Part shown: piece by piece, positions 21,001 through 33,000 of the stretch
How the letters are laid out: each line of letters begins with the position of its first letter
How positions within the stretch are numbered: position 1 is the first letter of the stretch
NCBI GenBank assembly: GCA_963778655.1
Contig: CAVZVA010000002.1
Coordinates: 320,001 to 384,000, forward strand
Direction of reading: 5' to 3'
DNA from: an uncultured delta proteobacterium
GTDB taxonomy: Bacteria > Myxococcota_A > Polyangia > Polyangiales > JAFGIB01
DNA: 64,000 nucleotides
Translations under genes and position numbers: made by a program
The notes under the pieces: model-generated
The model's input: the letters and a program-made list of their open reading frames with translations, nothing else
What the model was told of the DNA's origin: nothing
The model's database searches: none

Positions 21001-24000
21001 GCCCGACGGCGGTGTTGTCACCGTCGCCGCCCGCGCGGCCCTGGGTGCGGAACGCGCCGCCGCCGCCGCCGCCGGCGCCCTTGTCCGCGGCGCCGTCGTT
21101 GGCGCCCGCATTGCCCTCGCTCGCGCCGCAGCTGCTGTAGCTGCCGCCGGCGCCGCGTACCGAGCTGCCGTTGCCCTGCGAATCGGCGCTGATGATGGTC
21201 GTTCCGGCGCCGCCGCCCAGGCTCACCGTGCCCGGGCTGCCGCCGACCAGGAACACCACGGGCAGCGCGCCCTTCAGGGTCATCACGTGGCCGCCGCTGA
21301 CGCTCAGGCCCTGCAGCTTGATCACCATGACCTTAGGTCCGCCGCTGCTCTGGCTCATGATCACCGGGGTCGGGCTGCCGCCGGTGCAGGTGGTCGAGCT
21401 GATCGCGGCGCCGGTGCCGTTGCCATCGGTGCCGCTGGTGATCGTCGTGCTGCCGCCGGAGCAGGTCCAGCTCGGCGCGCCGCTGAAGCTCAGCGCAGTG
21501 GTGTCGACGTTGCTGGCGAAGCTGCCGAGGGTGACCGCGGGCTTGTCCGGCGCGCCGGGGTTGTGGTCGAACAGCGCGAGCGTGTGATAGCCGCCGGAGC
21601 CTTCCCCGTTGATCTCGATCTCGTGCTGGACGCCGTCGTTGGGCACCGTGAGCTTGAAGAAAGCGTCCTCGCCGTTGGTGGTCGCCGGGCTGCAGGTACC
21701 CGGTGCGGAGGCCAGATCGAACGCGTTGCCGGCGACGTTACTCGTGATCGGGTCGCCGGTGTAGCCCACCGCGTAGCCGGTGTAGCTGCCGCCCGTCGGC
21801 GTGATCGGATACAGCGAGGCCACGGTCTGCGCGGTGGCCACGCTCTCGTTGGGGGCGGCGCTGGGGGCGACGTTGAGCTGGGTAGGCGCGGCGTACAGCC
21901 CGAGCTGCCCACGGGTGGCAGGCGTCGCCGTCGGCGCGCTCGCGGGCGCCTCGAACAGCGCGACGTTGCCGACGAAGCCCGGATTGCGCAGCGCGATGTG
22001 CGCAGTCGTGGTGGTGGCCGGAGTGATCTGATAGATGGCGTCGGGCGCGTCGTCGAGCGAGCCGCAGGTCGCCGGGTAGTCGCCCTGGTAGCCCGAGGTG
22101 GTGGCGCTGCCACCGCTGACGCCGATCTCGTTGCCGACCAACGAGCCCAGACCCTGGGTGGAGCCATCGCCCGCCGCCGTGCCCGAGACCTGGTTGAGCT
22201 CGCTGATGTGCATGCCGGCGCCGCTGGCGCTGCGTACCAGCCAGCTTCCGTTGACCACGCCCATGGGGTTGCCCGACGACTGCGCGCTGTCGCTGGTGTC
22301 GAACGCGGGCCCGGCCGTGGGCGCCGGCTCGGTCATCGGCACGGCGCTGAAAAGCGAGACGGTGTGCGCGAACGAGGTGTTGGCCGAGCTCACCTCGACC
22401 GAGCGGGTCGGCGCCGCCGACTGGTAGGGATGACCGCCCGGCAGACTGCTCTGCAGCCCCCACTTCGCGGCCAGGTAGCCCTCGATGGTCTGGCGCTCGC
22501 TCGGCGTGACCGCGCGTCCGACCACGATCAGCTCGTACAGGTCCATCGGCAGGCCGAGGCTGTGGCTCTGGTCGGTGCCGACCCGGATGTGCCGGTACTG
22601 CGTGCCGCCAGCACGCCCGCTGCCGCTGGCGACCAGGTTGCCGTTGAGGTAGGTCGCGATCGCCCCGCTGGAGTCGTGCGTGACCTCCGACAACATCGGC
22701 CCGGTGGCCCCGCTGAGCGCGCCGGTCATCGCCACGCCTGTGCCGCTCGAATCCGCGTAGTTGAGCACCGCGGTGTTGGTCGACCCGTCCGCGCTCATGC
22801 TCAGGCCAAAGCCCGCACCGCCGACGTCCGTGGTGACCACAGCCGACCCCGCCAGGAAATTGGTGCTCAGCAGCCGCCACACCGCGAACACGCTGACCGG
22901 CGAGTCCTGCCCACTGGCGAACGCGTAGTCGAGATAGTCCTCGGTGGCGTTGTTGGCAGGGTCGATGTCGCCGCCGGGGTTGAGCTCCACCGTGTAGGTC
23001 CCGGACGCGAGCATCCGGGACGGCTCGTTCGCCGCCGTGGATTGCGTGGCATTGTGAGCGTTCGGACCTTCGTCGGCCCAGTTGGAAACGGCACCGGTCG
23101 CCAGCGCGAACGCCCCCGCATCCGCCGCATCCAGCCAGATCTGCTCGTAGGGCGTCACGCCGTCGGGCACCGTGCGCACCTTGAGCTTCACGAAGGCGTC
23201 CGCGCCCGGCTCTCCTGGCGAGCATTTCGGCGCGGCGTTGAGCTGGAACGCCTGGAACTGGGTCGAGGCGTAGTCACTGCTCATCGATCCTTCGTCGCCG
23301 GAGATGCGCGTGCGCGGGCCCACCACCACGGTCGGGGTCCCGCTGCTGCTGAAGGTCTCGTTGGGGTTGCTGCTCGTGTTGAGGTCGATCGGCGTGGTGC
23401 TCGACTCGGCGCTGGTGAGAGGCGCGCCGTCGTAGACCGCAAGCATCGGGCTCCAGCTCACCGCCGGGTTGTCCACGCCGATGCGCAGCTTGGTGTTGGT
23501 GGTCGGCCGCACCTTCCAGATCATGTCGTTGGCGGTGCTGTTGCCCACGCCGCAGCTCGGCGCCAGGTAGGTGGCGCCGCTGTAGGTGGTGTCGGCGCCA
23601 CCCGCGTAACTGCCGGCGGCCTTGGTGCGGAACTGCTGGCCGCTGATCGTCCCAGCCACGGCGTTCAGATCCTGCACGCTGGCGGCGTTCTGGAAGTCGG
23701 TGCCGGCGGTGAAGAAGCGCTCGGCGGACAGCTCGCCGATGCCCATGCCGCCGGCCGGCGACATGTCCGCGACGTAGTGCAACCAGTTGCCGTCGATGGT
23801 CGCCGCCGGGGTTGCGGCGTCCGCCAGCGCCTGGGTGTTGTACTGCGCGGCGACGGCGGCCGGTAGGGTGAGCGGCACGTCGGCGTTGTAGATCGCGATC
23901 GTGTGCGGATTGACCGTCGACGACTGGGTCTGGATGCGCACGTGCGCGTCCGCCAAGAGGTCGAGGTAGAAGAACGCGTCCTTGCTGCTGGCGCCGGCGT

Positions 24001-27000
24001 TGCAGGTGGCGCTGCCGTACATCGGCGCCTGGTTGTAGAGGCTGGCGCCCTGGCTGTCGCTGAGCGTCGAGGTGTCGCCCGAATACGCGACTCCGGCGGT
24101 GCCCAGCGCAGGTACGGTGAAGGCGTTGGTGCGGCTGTCGTTGCCCGTGACCGGCGTGGGCACGGGGTTCGAGGCCGCTGCGGTCTGCGGCACCTTGCCT
24201 CCGGTGCCGTCGAACAGCGCCAGCACCGGCGGGAAGGCGGGCGAGGGGTTGCTGACCGCGAGCCGCGTGGCGCCCCCGCTGGCCCCGGTGTGGAACTTGA
24301 AGATCATGTCGTGCGCGCTCGGCGCCGCGCCGCAGGTCAGGGTGGCCGTGTCGTAGGTCGCGGTGGCCGTGGTGCTGTCGGCGCCGCTGGTCACGATCTG
24401 GGTGTCGGCCGCGAGCGTGCCGAGATCCTGCGTCGTGTCCAGGTTGAAGAAGTCCGTCCCCGCGGTCTTGACCACCTTGGCGTCGCCGCCCGGCATCAGA
24501 TTGCTGGTGTTGCCCTGCAACACGTACCACTGGTTGTCGACCGGAAGGTTGGATGCGCCCGCGCGCGTGTCGTTTTCTGCGGTGGTCGCCATCGGAGCTT
24601 GGATCACCGCCGTGCTGGGCCACACCGCCAGGGTGTGGGCGAAGGCGGTGTTGCTGCTCTCCAGCACCACCGTCTTGGGGGCCTCGGCAGGGGTGATGGT
24701 GAAGCTGAAGAAGGCGTCCTTGCCGGTGGGTGCCGCGTTGCACTGATTGCTGGCGTCGCCGCCGTTGAGGTCGCTGCGGTCCCAGGTACGCCCCGCCGCG
24801 TCGACGGTGGGCACGTCGTTGTTGAGCCCGGTGAGATTGCCGGTGTAGATCACCGGATCGCCGATCGTGCCGAGATCCTGCGCCGCGGTCGGTCCGCTGG
24901 TGGTGGGCGCGTCGTTGGTATTCGGCAACGCCACCGGCGCGGCGGGCGTCTCGGACTGCAGCAGCGGGTAGTCCGGGCCGCGGTACAGCGCGAGCACCGG
25001 ATTGAAGCCTGAGGGCTGCACCCCGATGCGCACGGTCGTGCTGCTGGTCGGCGTGAACTTATAGATCGCGTCCGCGGTGTCATCGTCGCCGCCGCAAGTG
25101 GGCGCCGGATAGTCGTGAGTCAAGCCGCTGAGCGACGCGTTCACCACCGAGACCTGCTGGCCCGCCGTGTTACCGAGATCCTTGACCTGATTGGGCGAGA
25201 CGTGGCTCGAGTTGGTGTCGACGCCGACCATGTCCACGGTGCGCGCCGTGATCAGGTCGGTCCCGAGGTGGGCCATGTCGGCCTTCTTCACCACCCAACG
25301 GTTGGTGATGTCGCCGATCGGGTTGTTCACTGCATCGACCAGACGGTCGTTCTCCATGGTGAACGCGGCAGGATCGGTGGTGGTCCCGCTGAACAGCAGG
25401 TCGTAGCTGCCCGAGAGCCCGCTCGAGGTGCCGGTCAGCACCACGTAATAGGTGCCCGGCGCCAGGTTGGTGAGCTGCAGCTGGGGCGCGGCGTCGCCGA
25501 CGCTGGCGCAGCTGACGTAGCCCGCGGCGCCGATCGAGCCGTTGAACAGTCCCACCACCGAGCCGGCGAACGAGTTGCTGAAGTCGAGCGTGACCGTGGT
25601 GATGTACGGGACGGTCAGCTTGAACGCGGCGTCGGGGGCGCTGGCCTGGGCACCGCAGCCGATCAGATTCGCGACCGAGCTGGGGGTGCCGGCCGTGCTG
25701 CCGACGAAGTGGCGGCTGCGGCCGAGCACGTCGACCACCTGCGGGCTGGTGGCCGTGGGCACGCTCGGCAGGGCCGGCTGGCTGCCCTGCTCGCAGATGT
25801 AGCGGTACGACTGCCAGCTCTCGGGCGTGTCCACCCAGAAGCCGTCCTGGTAGCGCATGCGCGCCGCCGGGCTGTCGCTGGGCTGGTTGGGCTCGCCGGA
25901 GGCCCAGTTGCGGAAGCTGGCGCTGCTGCCGTCCACCCAGTCGCCGCTGGGAGGGCTGCCCCAGCTGGAGTAAGGCACGTGCGCGTGCAGGCCGATCAAG
26001 TAGGGCTCCGCGGTCGGCGCGATCTGGCTGTAGAGGGTGTCGTTCTCGAGCTGGTTGTCGATCACGACCAGGTCGCCGCCGGCCAGCTGGCACTTGGCGC
26101 GCGCGTCGTCCCAGGGCCGCTTGTGGGTGCACAACCAGTAGCGGTGCAGATTGAAGTCGTAGGCCGTGCAGCCGGCCTCGGGCTCCCCCGGCAGCTTGTC
26201 CTGGTCGTAGATCTGCGTGATCGCGTCGGCCAGCGAGCTCTGGCTGGTCAGCGAGGGCCGGACGAAGGGGCTGTCGAACAAGCCGAGCACGGTACCGTAC
26301 CCAGAGCCGTCGGCGCTGAGCTCGACGTCGGTCGGCTTGCTGAGCGAGAAGCTCCACACCGCGTCGGCCGAAGCAGGCGCCGCACCGCACTGCGCGCCCC
26401 CCTGCTGGAAGTAGGTGTAGTTGATGTCGCTGTTCATGCCGGTGGTGTTACCGGTCTGCACGAACGTGCCGCCGCGCTCGAGCGGGACGCTCAGGGCGCT
26501 CGGCTGCGACTCGTTGCTCTGGCCCACGGCCGTGGTGACGACGGCGGATTGCGCCTGGGTCAGCGGCGGCGCGCCCTTGCTGCCGTCGTAGAGCGCGACC
26601 ACCGAATCGAAGCCGGTCTGCGGGTAGTTGGTGGAGATGCGGACCTGCCCGCTCTGGGAGGGCACGAAGCGATAGAGCGCGTCGTGGCTGCTGTCGGCGC
26701 CGCCGCAGCTCGGCGCGGGAAAGGTGGCCTGCATGCTGGCCGCGCTGCTGTCGGCGTTGACTACGGTCACGCGGCGGTTGTACGGATCGTAGAGCTCGGT
26801 CTGGGTGTCGTTGTTGGCGTTGTCCTGGTTGTTGATCTGCGACTGCGGCTGGTTCGACGCGGTCAGATTCGCGATGTCCCCGGAGTAGCGAACCCAGTTG
26901 TTATCGATGATGGGCGTGGGCGAAGGATTCGCGTCGGCTTCGCTCGGGTTGTCGGGCGCCAAGGGGATCGGCGCGAGCACGGTGTTGTCGAGCGTCTCGG

Positions 27001-30000
27001 AGCGGAAGAGGGCCAGCACCGGCGGGTTGCCCGATGCGCTGGCGTCGATCTTGACCTTGGTCGTGTTGCGCAGGCTGAAGTGATAGATCGCGTCGGGCGC
27101 GAACGCTTGCGCTCCACACTGAATCTGTGAGGCATCCACATTCTGGGTTAGCCCTGACGAATTGCCCAGGAACCGCCTGACACCGCCCGAGGAGAGCTTC
27201 ACGTCCTGCGCTTCGGCCAAGGTGTCGTTGCGGTTGCCGCCGCCGCCGAAGCTGCTGCAGGTCGCGTTGTCGGTGGCGTTCACCGAGCCGGGACAAGCGC
27301 CGGTGCTGCACGAGCCGGGCGCGTTGCAGGACTGGCAGCTCGCCGCGTCCGTGGCGGCCCCGCAGTCCGGGTCGTGGATGCCGCAGCCGCAGTCGCAGCC
27401 GTTGCCGGTGCCGTACAGAGCCATGTCGCAGGTCCAGGAGCCGGCCTGCCACATGCAGCTGGCGTCGCAGCCGTCTCCGGGGGTGGTGTTGCCGTCGTCG
27501 CACTGCTCGCCCGGCTCGACCACCCCGTTGCCGCACACCGGCGCGTTGCAGGCGGTGTTGTCGGCAGCGCTGATGACCCCCGGGCAGCTCCCGCTCGGAT
27601 TGCAGCCGCCCAGGCTCGGCGGGTCGCAGTGCGCACACGCGCTGCTGCTGGCATCGCCGCCGCAGTCGGGGTCGGGCGCGCCGCAGCCGCAGTCGCAGCC
27701 GTCGTTGGTGCCGTACCACGCGGCCGGGCAGCGCCACACACCGGCCTCGCGGTGACAGGTCGCGTCACAACCGTCGCCGGCCATGGTGTTGCCGTCGTCG
27801 CACTCCTCTTGCCAGTCGATAACGCCGTTGCCGCAGGCGCTGGCGCCGTTGAGGTCGACCGTGGTGGTGGCGCTGTCGATCTTGCGCAGCGGAGCGCCGG
27901 TGCTGCCGTCGTAGAGGGCGATCACGGTGTTGAAGCCGGGCGCCGGGTTGGCCGTGCTGATGTGAACCGGCCCGCCCTGCGAGGAGTAAAAGGAATAGAT
28001 CGCGTCGGGCGCGCCGTCGTCACCGCCGCACCAGCCGGTGGCGGCGTAGTTGGCCGTCATCGCCGAGGTGGTGGCGCCGCCGACGGTGACCTTGGTGTTC
28101 CAGATGTCGCCGAGATCCTGCGCGCCTTGCAGCGTGGTGGGGTTCACCTCCTCGTTGGTGTTGGTCGCCGCCACGCCGACCTGAGCCTGGGTCGATGGCG
28201 TCAGGTGCGACATGTCGGCGTCGTAAGACAACCAGGTTCCGTTCACCGCCGGGGTGGGGCTCGGGTTGGTGTTCGCGGCGGTATAGGTGTCGTTCTCCAG
28301 CGTCACCGGCGCCGGCTTCTCCAGCGCCCCGTCGTGGAACAGCGCGATCACCGGGTCGCCCATCATGCCGGACTGGGTCGAGGCCGAGGCGTCGATCTGC
28401 ACCTGGGTGGTCTTCGAGAGCGAGAACTTGAAGGTCGCGTCGCGCCCGCTCGGCGAGGCCCCGCAGCTGAGCAGCGAGCCATCGATGTCGTTGGTCATCA
28501 GCGAGGTGTCGCCGAGCAGCGTCTGCGCGGGACCCGCCAGGTTGACCTGATACGCGGTGCTGGTGTTCTCGTTGGTGTTGCCCGTCGCGTCCAGGTCGGT
28601 GACGCTGGGGAACGATCCCGGCTGACCTTTGAAGAGGGCGACGATCGCGTTGTCGCCCGGCGTGGCCGCGGTGATCCGCACGTTGGTGTCGATGCTCGGG
28701 GTGAACTTGTAGACGGCGTCGGGCGTATCGCTCGCGTTGCCGCAGGTGAGCAGCCCCATCGGCGTCGTCGGGTCGCCCGAAGTCTGGTAGTTGGCCGCCA
28801 TGCCCGCGGTGCTGGTGTTGACCACCTGGATCTTGGAGCGGTAGGGGTCGGCCAGGCTGAACGCGGTCCCGCCGTGCTCGTTCTGGTTGAGCGGGTTCTC
28901 CACCTGCACGCGCTTGCGATACAGGCTGTGCGCGGTCATCGCGTACCCGGCGCCGGCGGTGGAGGCGCTCTCGACGATCACGTAGTAGGTATGGTTGGCC
29001 GAAAAGTCGGTCTCCGCCGCGGCCGGCCCCAGCGCGCTCTCCTTGCTGCAGGCGAGCTCCACGCCGTCGCCGCCGGCGCCCAGATCCGTGAACTTGATCT
29101 GGTACGCCCCGTCCGGGCCAGAGACGGTGCCCTTGATCACCGCGTAGTAGGTCTCCCCGCCGACCAAGGTCACGCCGGTGCTGCCGCCCAGCGGCAGCGT
29201 GCTGGCCGGGTTCGTGCCGACCGTGACGTCGGTGTTGGGCGCAACGCCGGGCGCGTCGCAGCCCACGTAGCCGCTCGCGTCGATCGTGCTGTGGAACAGC
29301 CCCACGATCGCCGGGAACGACGAGCCGCTGGTGTCGATCGTCGCCTGGATCGAAGCCGAGGGCGTGATCTTGAACACCGCGTCACTCGCGTTCTGGGTCG
29401 CGCCGCAGCTGCTCATCAGCAGACCGTCGATGTCGTTGTCCATGCGGCGGGTGCTGCCGTTGTAGGCGAGCACCTTGCCGACCATGTTGCCGTTGAGACC
29501 GACCTCGCTGCCGACCGCGTAGGCGCTGGCTAGCGACTCCGGTGGCGCCGGCGAAGGCGCGGTCATCTCGCACGCGTACTGGTCGCTATCGCTACAGCGG
29601 GTCGAGTCCCAGGTGTTGATGCTGCCGCCATTGCTGGTCTTGTAGGCCACGCAGTAGCTGCTGCTGGCCGGCTGCCCGCTGCGCCAGCTCGAAAACAGCC
29701 CTCCGACCGCGCTCCCGCCGCTGCCGCCTGACCAGAACTGGTCGCCGTTGTCGGCCCAGCTCCAGACGTTGGTGCCCGTATCGTGGGCCCCGGTCCACGC
29801 GGGCGTCGTCGTGCGGTGGCTGCCGACAAAGGCGTTCTCGGCCGCGTTGTCCAGGCGCACGAGATGCCCGCCCTGGTTGTTGCAGTTGGCCTCGGCGGTC
29901 GCCCAGTTGCGGTTGTTCGCGCAGAACCAGTACAGGTGAGCCGGATTGCTATCGGTCTTGTCCGCGTCGAAGCTGTAAGCCGTGCAGCTCGAGTCCGGCG

Positions 30001-33000
30001 AGCTGGTGAGCTTGGAGGCGTCGAAGAGCTGCACCGACCCGATCGCGCCTGAAATCGGCGGCGGGCCGTCGTAGATCGCGACCGCCTCGTAGGCTCCCCC
30101 CGACGTCGCGGCGTTGACGCGCACAGTGCCGTCCGCGCTCGGCGTGAACTTGTAGACGTGATCGGCATAGCCGGGCGGCTCGGGGCCCGGGTAGAACCAG
30201 GCATTGCCGTTCGCGAACTTCGAGGCGTCGGCGACGATCGCGCTCGTGCTGCTGACCGCCGTGACCACCAGGGTGGTGCTGCCATTGTTCGACACCAGGT
30301 CGCCGACCGCAGGCGTGTACCCCGACATCGAGGCGAAGGTCAGGGTGTTGGTGCTGATGGCCGAGATGGTGGTGGAATGCCCGTTGCACGAGACCACCCC
30401 GCGTCCGTAGTCGTTGGTGGTGTTGACGTTGCCGAGGTCGGCGTTGACGACCTTGGTGTCGACCTGACCGAACACGTCGCCCAGGTTCAGCGCGCTGCTC
30501 GCGGTATTGTGTGTGTTGCTGTCAATCGTGTTCCCGTCCCCGTTCGGGTCGGCGGCGTCGACAGTGGTCACGCTTCCAGGCGCCGATGAGTACAGGAACA
30601 CCATTGGGTCGAAGCCCAGGCCGGGCAGCCCGTCCCCGCTGTAGTCGTTGCGCGTCCAGTCCGACACGCTGTCGGTGTCCTTGCCGCTGGGAATGCGCGA
30701 GGCCCCTCCCACCGTGCTGCTACCGCCGCTCAGCGTGCTGGGGAGCACGGTCGCGCCGCCGTACACGATGTCGCCGGCCCCGCCGTCACTGACCGCGACC
30801 GCGTCGGCCACCTTGCTCCACAGCAACGGCAGGTCGATCACGCCGTCGTCGTCGGCGTCGATGTCGCTGCTGGCGGTGCCGGTGTAGTCCTTGACCAGCA
30901 GCAGGGTATCGGTCCCGTTCTCCAGCTGGTCGCTGTAGAACGGCGAGACCCATAGCCCGGAGCCGTTGGTGGTGCCCACCACGATCGCCTTGTTGACGTT
31001 GCCCGGGTTGGAGCCGAGGTCGCCCTCGATCTGCAGGATCTTGTAAGCCGCGTAGTTGGTGTTCGGCTGGCCGTAGACCTCGACGAACTCGTGGGTGTCC
31101 GCGCCGGCGTGATCCACCACGAACTCGTTGATGATCGGCTCGCTGCCCGGCGACGCCGGAGGCGCGTTGCTGCTGACCGCCTCGTTGGCCGAGCCCGGCG
31201 TGTTGTAGGCCTGACCCGCCGCGGCGGCGAAGCTGCGCGGAGCCGCGCTCACATTGAGGTGCGTGGGCTCCGTCAGCCTGAAGCTGTAGAAGGCGTCGTT
31301 CGAGCCCGTCGTGGAGACACCGCCGCACATCGGCGCGACCGCGTCCGCAAGCGAGCTCGTGCCGCTGCTGTCGGAGCGCTCCGCGTATGCGGTATCGGTG
31401 ACGCTGTCGCCCGAGCTGCTGCCGACACGGTGATTGGTCGCGGCGCTGTCGTTGCCCGAGATTCCATTCTCCACGAAGGATTGCGGCGGGGGCCCGTCGT
31501 GCAGCGAGATCACGGTGTGGAAGTTGCTGCCCTCGGTGTCGATGCGGACGCGGCGGGCCGTGCCCACCGTGAACTTGTACACCGCGTCCGGGCCGGCCGA
31601 GTTGACGCCGCACGCGACGACCGTCGAGTCGTAATCGTCCTTGCCGGTCTTGCCCGACGGCACGTCGTAGTCGCTGCCGCTGCCGCTGTCCTGCAGCGCG
31701 ACCATGTCGCCGATATAGGTGACGTAGTCGCCGTCGATCTTCATGTCCGCGCCGTCGACCCGCCGCGCGGTGCTGAAGGTGTCGTTGTTGTTGCCCGCCG
31801 CTCCCACCAGCGCCACCTGATTGGCGCCGCTGGGGTTGGCCGGCAGGCTCGAGGGCAGGCCCTGATGCAGCGAGATCACGCTGTTGAAGGGGCTCGAGGT
31901 GGTGCCGGTCTGCGAGGAGTCGATGACCACCTTGGCGTCGACGGTGGGACGGAAGGTATAGATGACCTCGTTGGTCTTGCCGTCGGCGCCGCAGCCGCTG
32001 ATGCCGCCCAGGAAGCCCTGCGCCGAGTTGGTGCCGCTGGTGGTGCCGGTGTAGGTCAGGTAGGTGAGATCGGGACCGGAAGCGATCGGGTTGACCCGCG
32101 TGTCGCCGACGTCGATCGGAGGCTGAATGGTCGAGGGAATGCCGCGGAAGAGCGACACCACGACCGGCGCATCGGTCGCCGGCGTCGGCCCCGCGCCGGC
32201 CAGGCTGTTGCCGTCGACGGTGGTGTTGATCGCGATCTTGACGTTGACCGGCGTGCCGATCGGAATGCCGAGCGCGCTGAGCAACGGGTCCACCGTGAAG
32301 CGGTAGACCGCCTCCGGCGCCGCCGTCGCCGCGCCACACCCGGTCACGGCCGCGGGGTAGTCTCCCGCCATGTACCGCAGGTTTCCCGAGGCGATCGCGA
32401 ACTGATTGTTGATGGAGCCGAGGTTGTACGCGGTCGCGAAGGTCTCGGCCTGCGTCGGGGTGTACTGGGCCACGCCGCTGCTCGGCGCCTTGCCGTTCAT
32501 GGCGTAGTTGCTGGCGTAGGGCAGTTTGTTATACGAGCCGCCGCCGGCGTATCCCGGGATGCCATACGGAACGCCGGTCAGCGGATTGATCGCGGGATTG
32601 GTGTGAAGCGGGTCGTCCGTGAACATGACGACGATCGGAATCGTGCCCTTACGGAAGCACGGGTAACCGAAGGTATTGGCGGGACAGCCCAGGCCCAGGC
32701 GCTCGGGCACGCTGGGCGAGGTATTGCCGAACATCTGTCCCTTGCCCGTGAGCAATGAGTACAGACCGACCAGGTCCGCTTCGGGGTAGTCCGAGTTGCC
32801 GTTGGTGACGAACTGTCCGATCGCATCCCGGACCTTGTTCACGTCCGGCGTCATGTCCACCCAGTGCCGGAACGCGTGCTCGTCCAGATCGCCCAGCTTG
32901 GGGCTCGCGGCCGAGGGGATCTCGCGGAAATAGCCGGCGCCGAACCAGGAGCTGCCCACCAGGCAGCGCACCGCGCCAACCACGCCCTTGCTCTTGAGCT

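Noticed and set aside
20114..23866. 1250-aa + strand ORF and many other long ORFs antisense to the giant gene
   Set aside because: Shadow ORFs caused by high GC3 on the coding strand; Ala/Arg/Val-rich with no motifs.
13390..32460. Intein or mobile element as the explanation for the vWA insertion
   Set aside because: No Hint-domain splice motifs, endonuclease or transposase; the insert is made of extracellular repeat modules.
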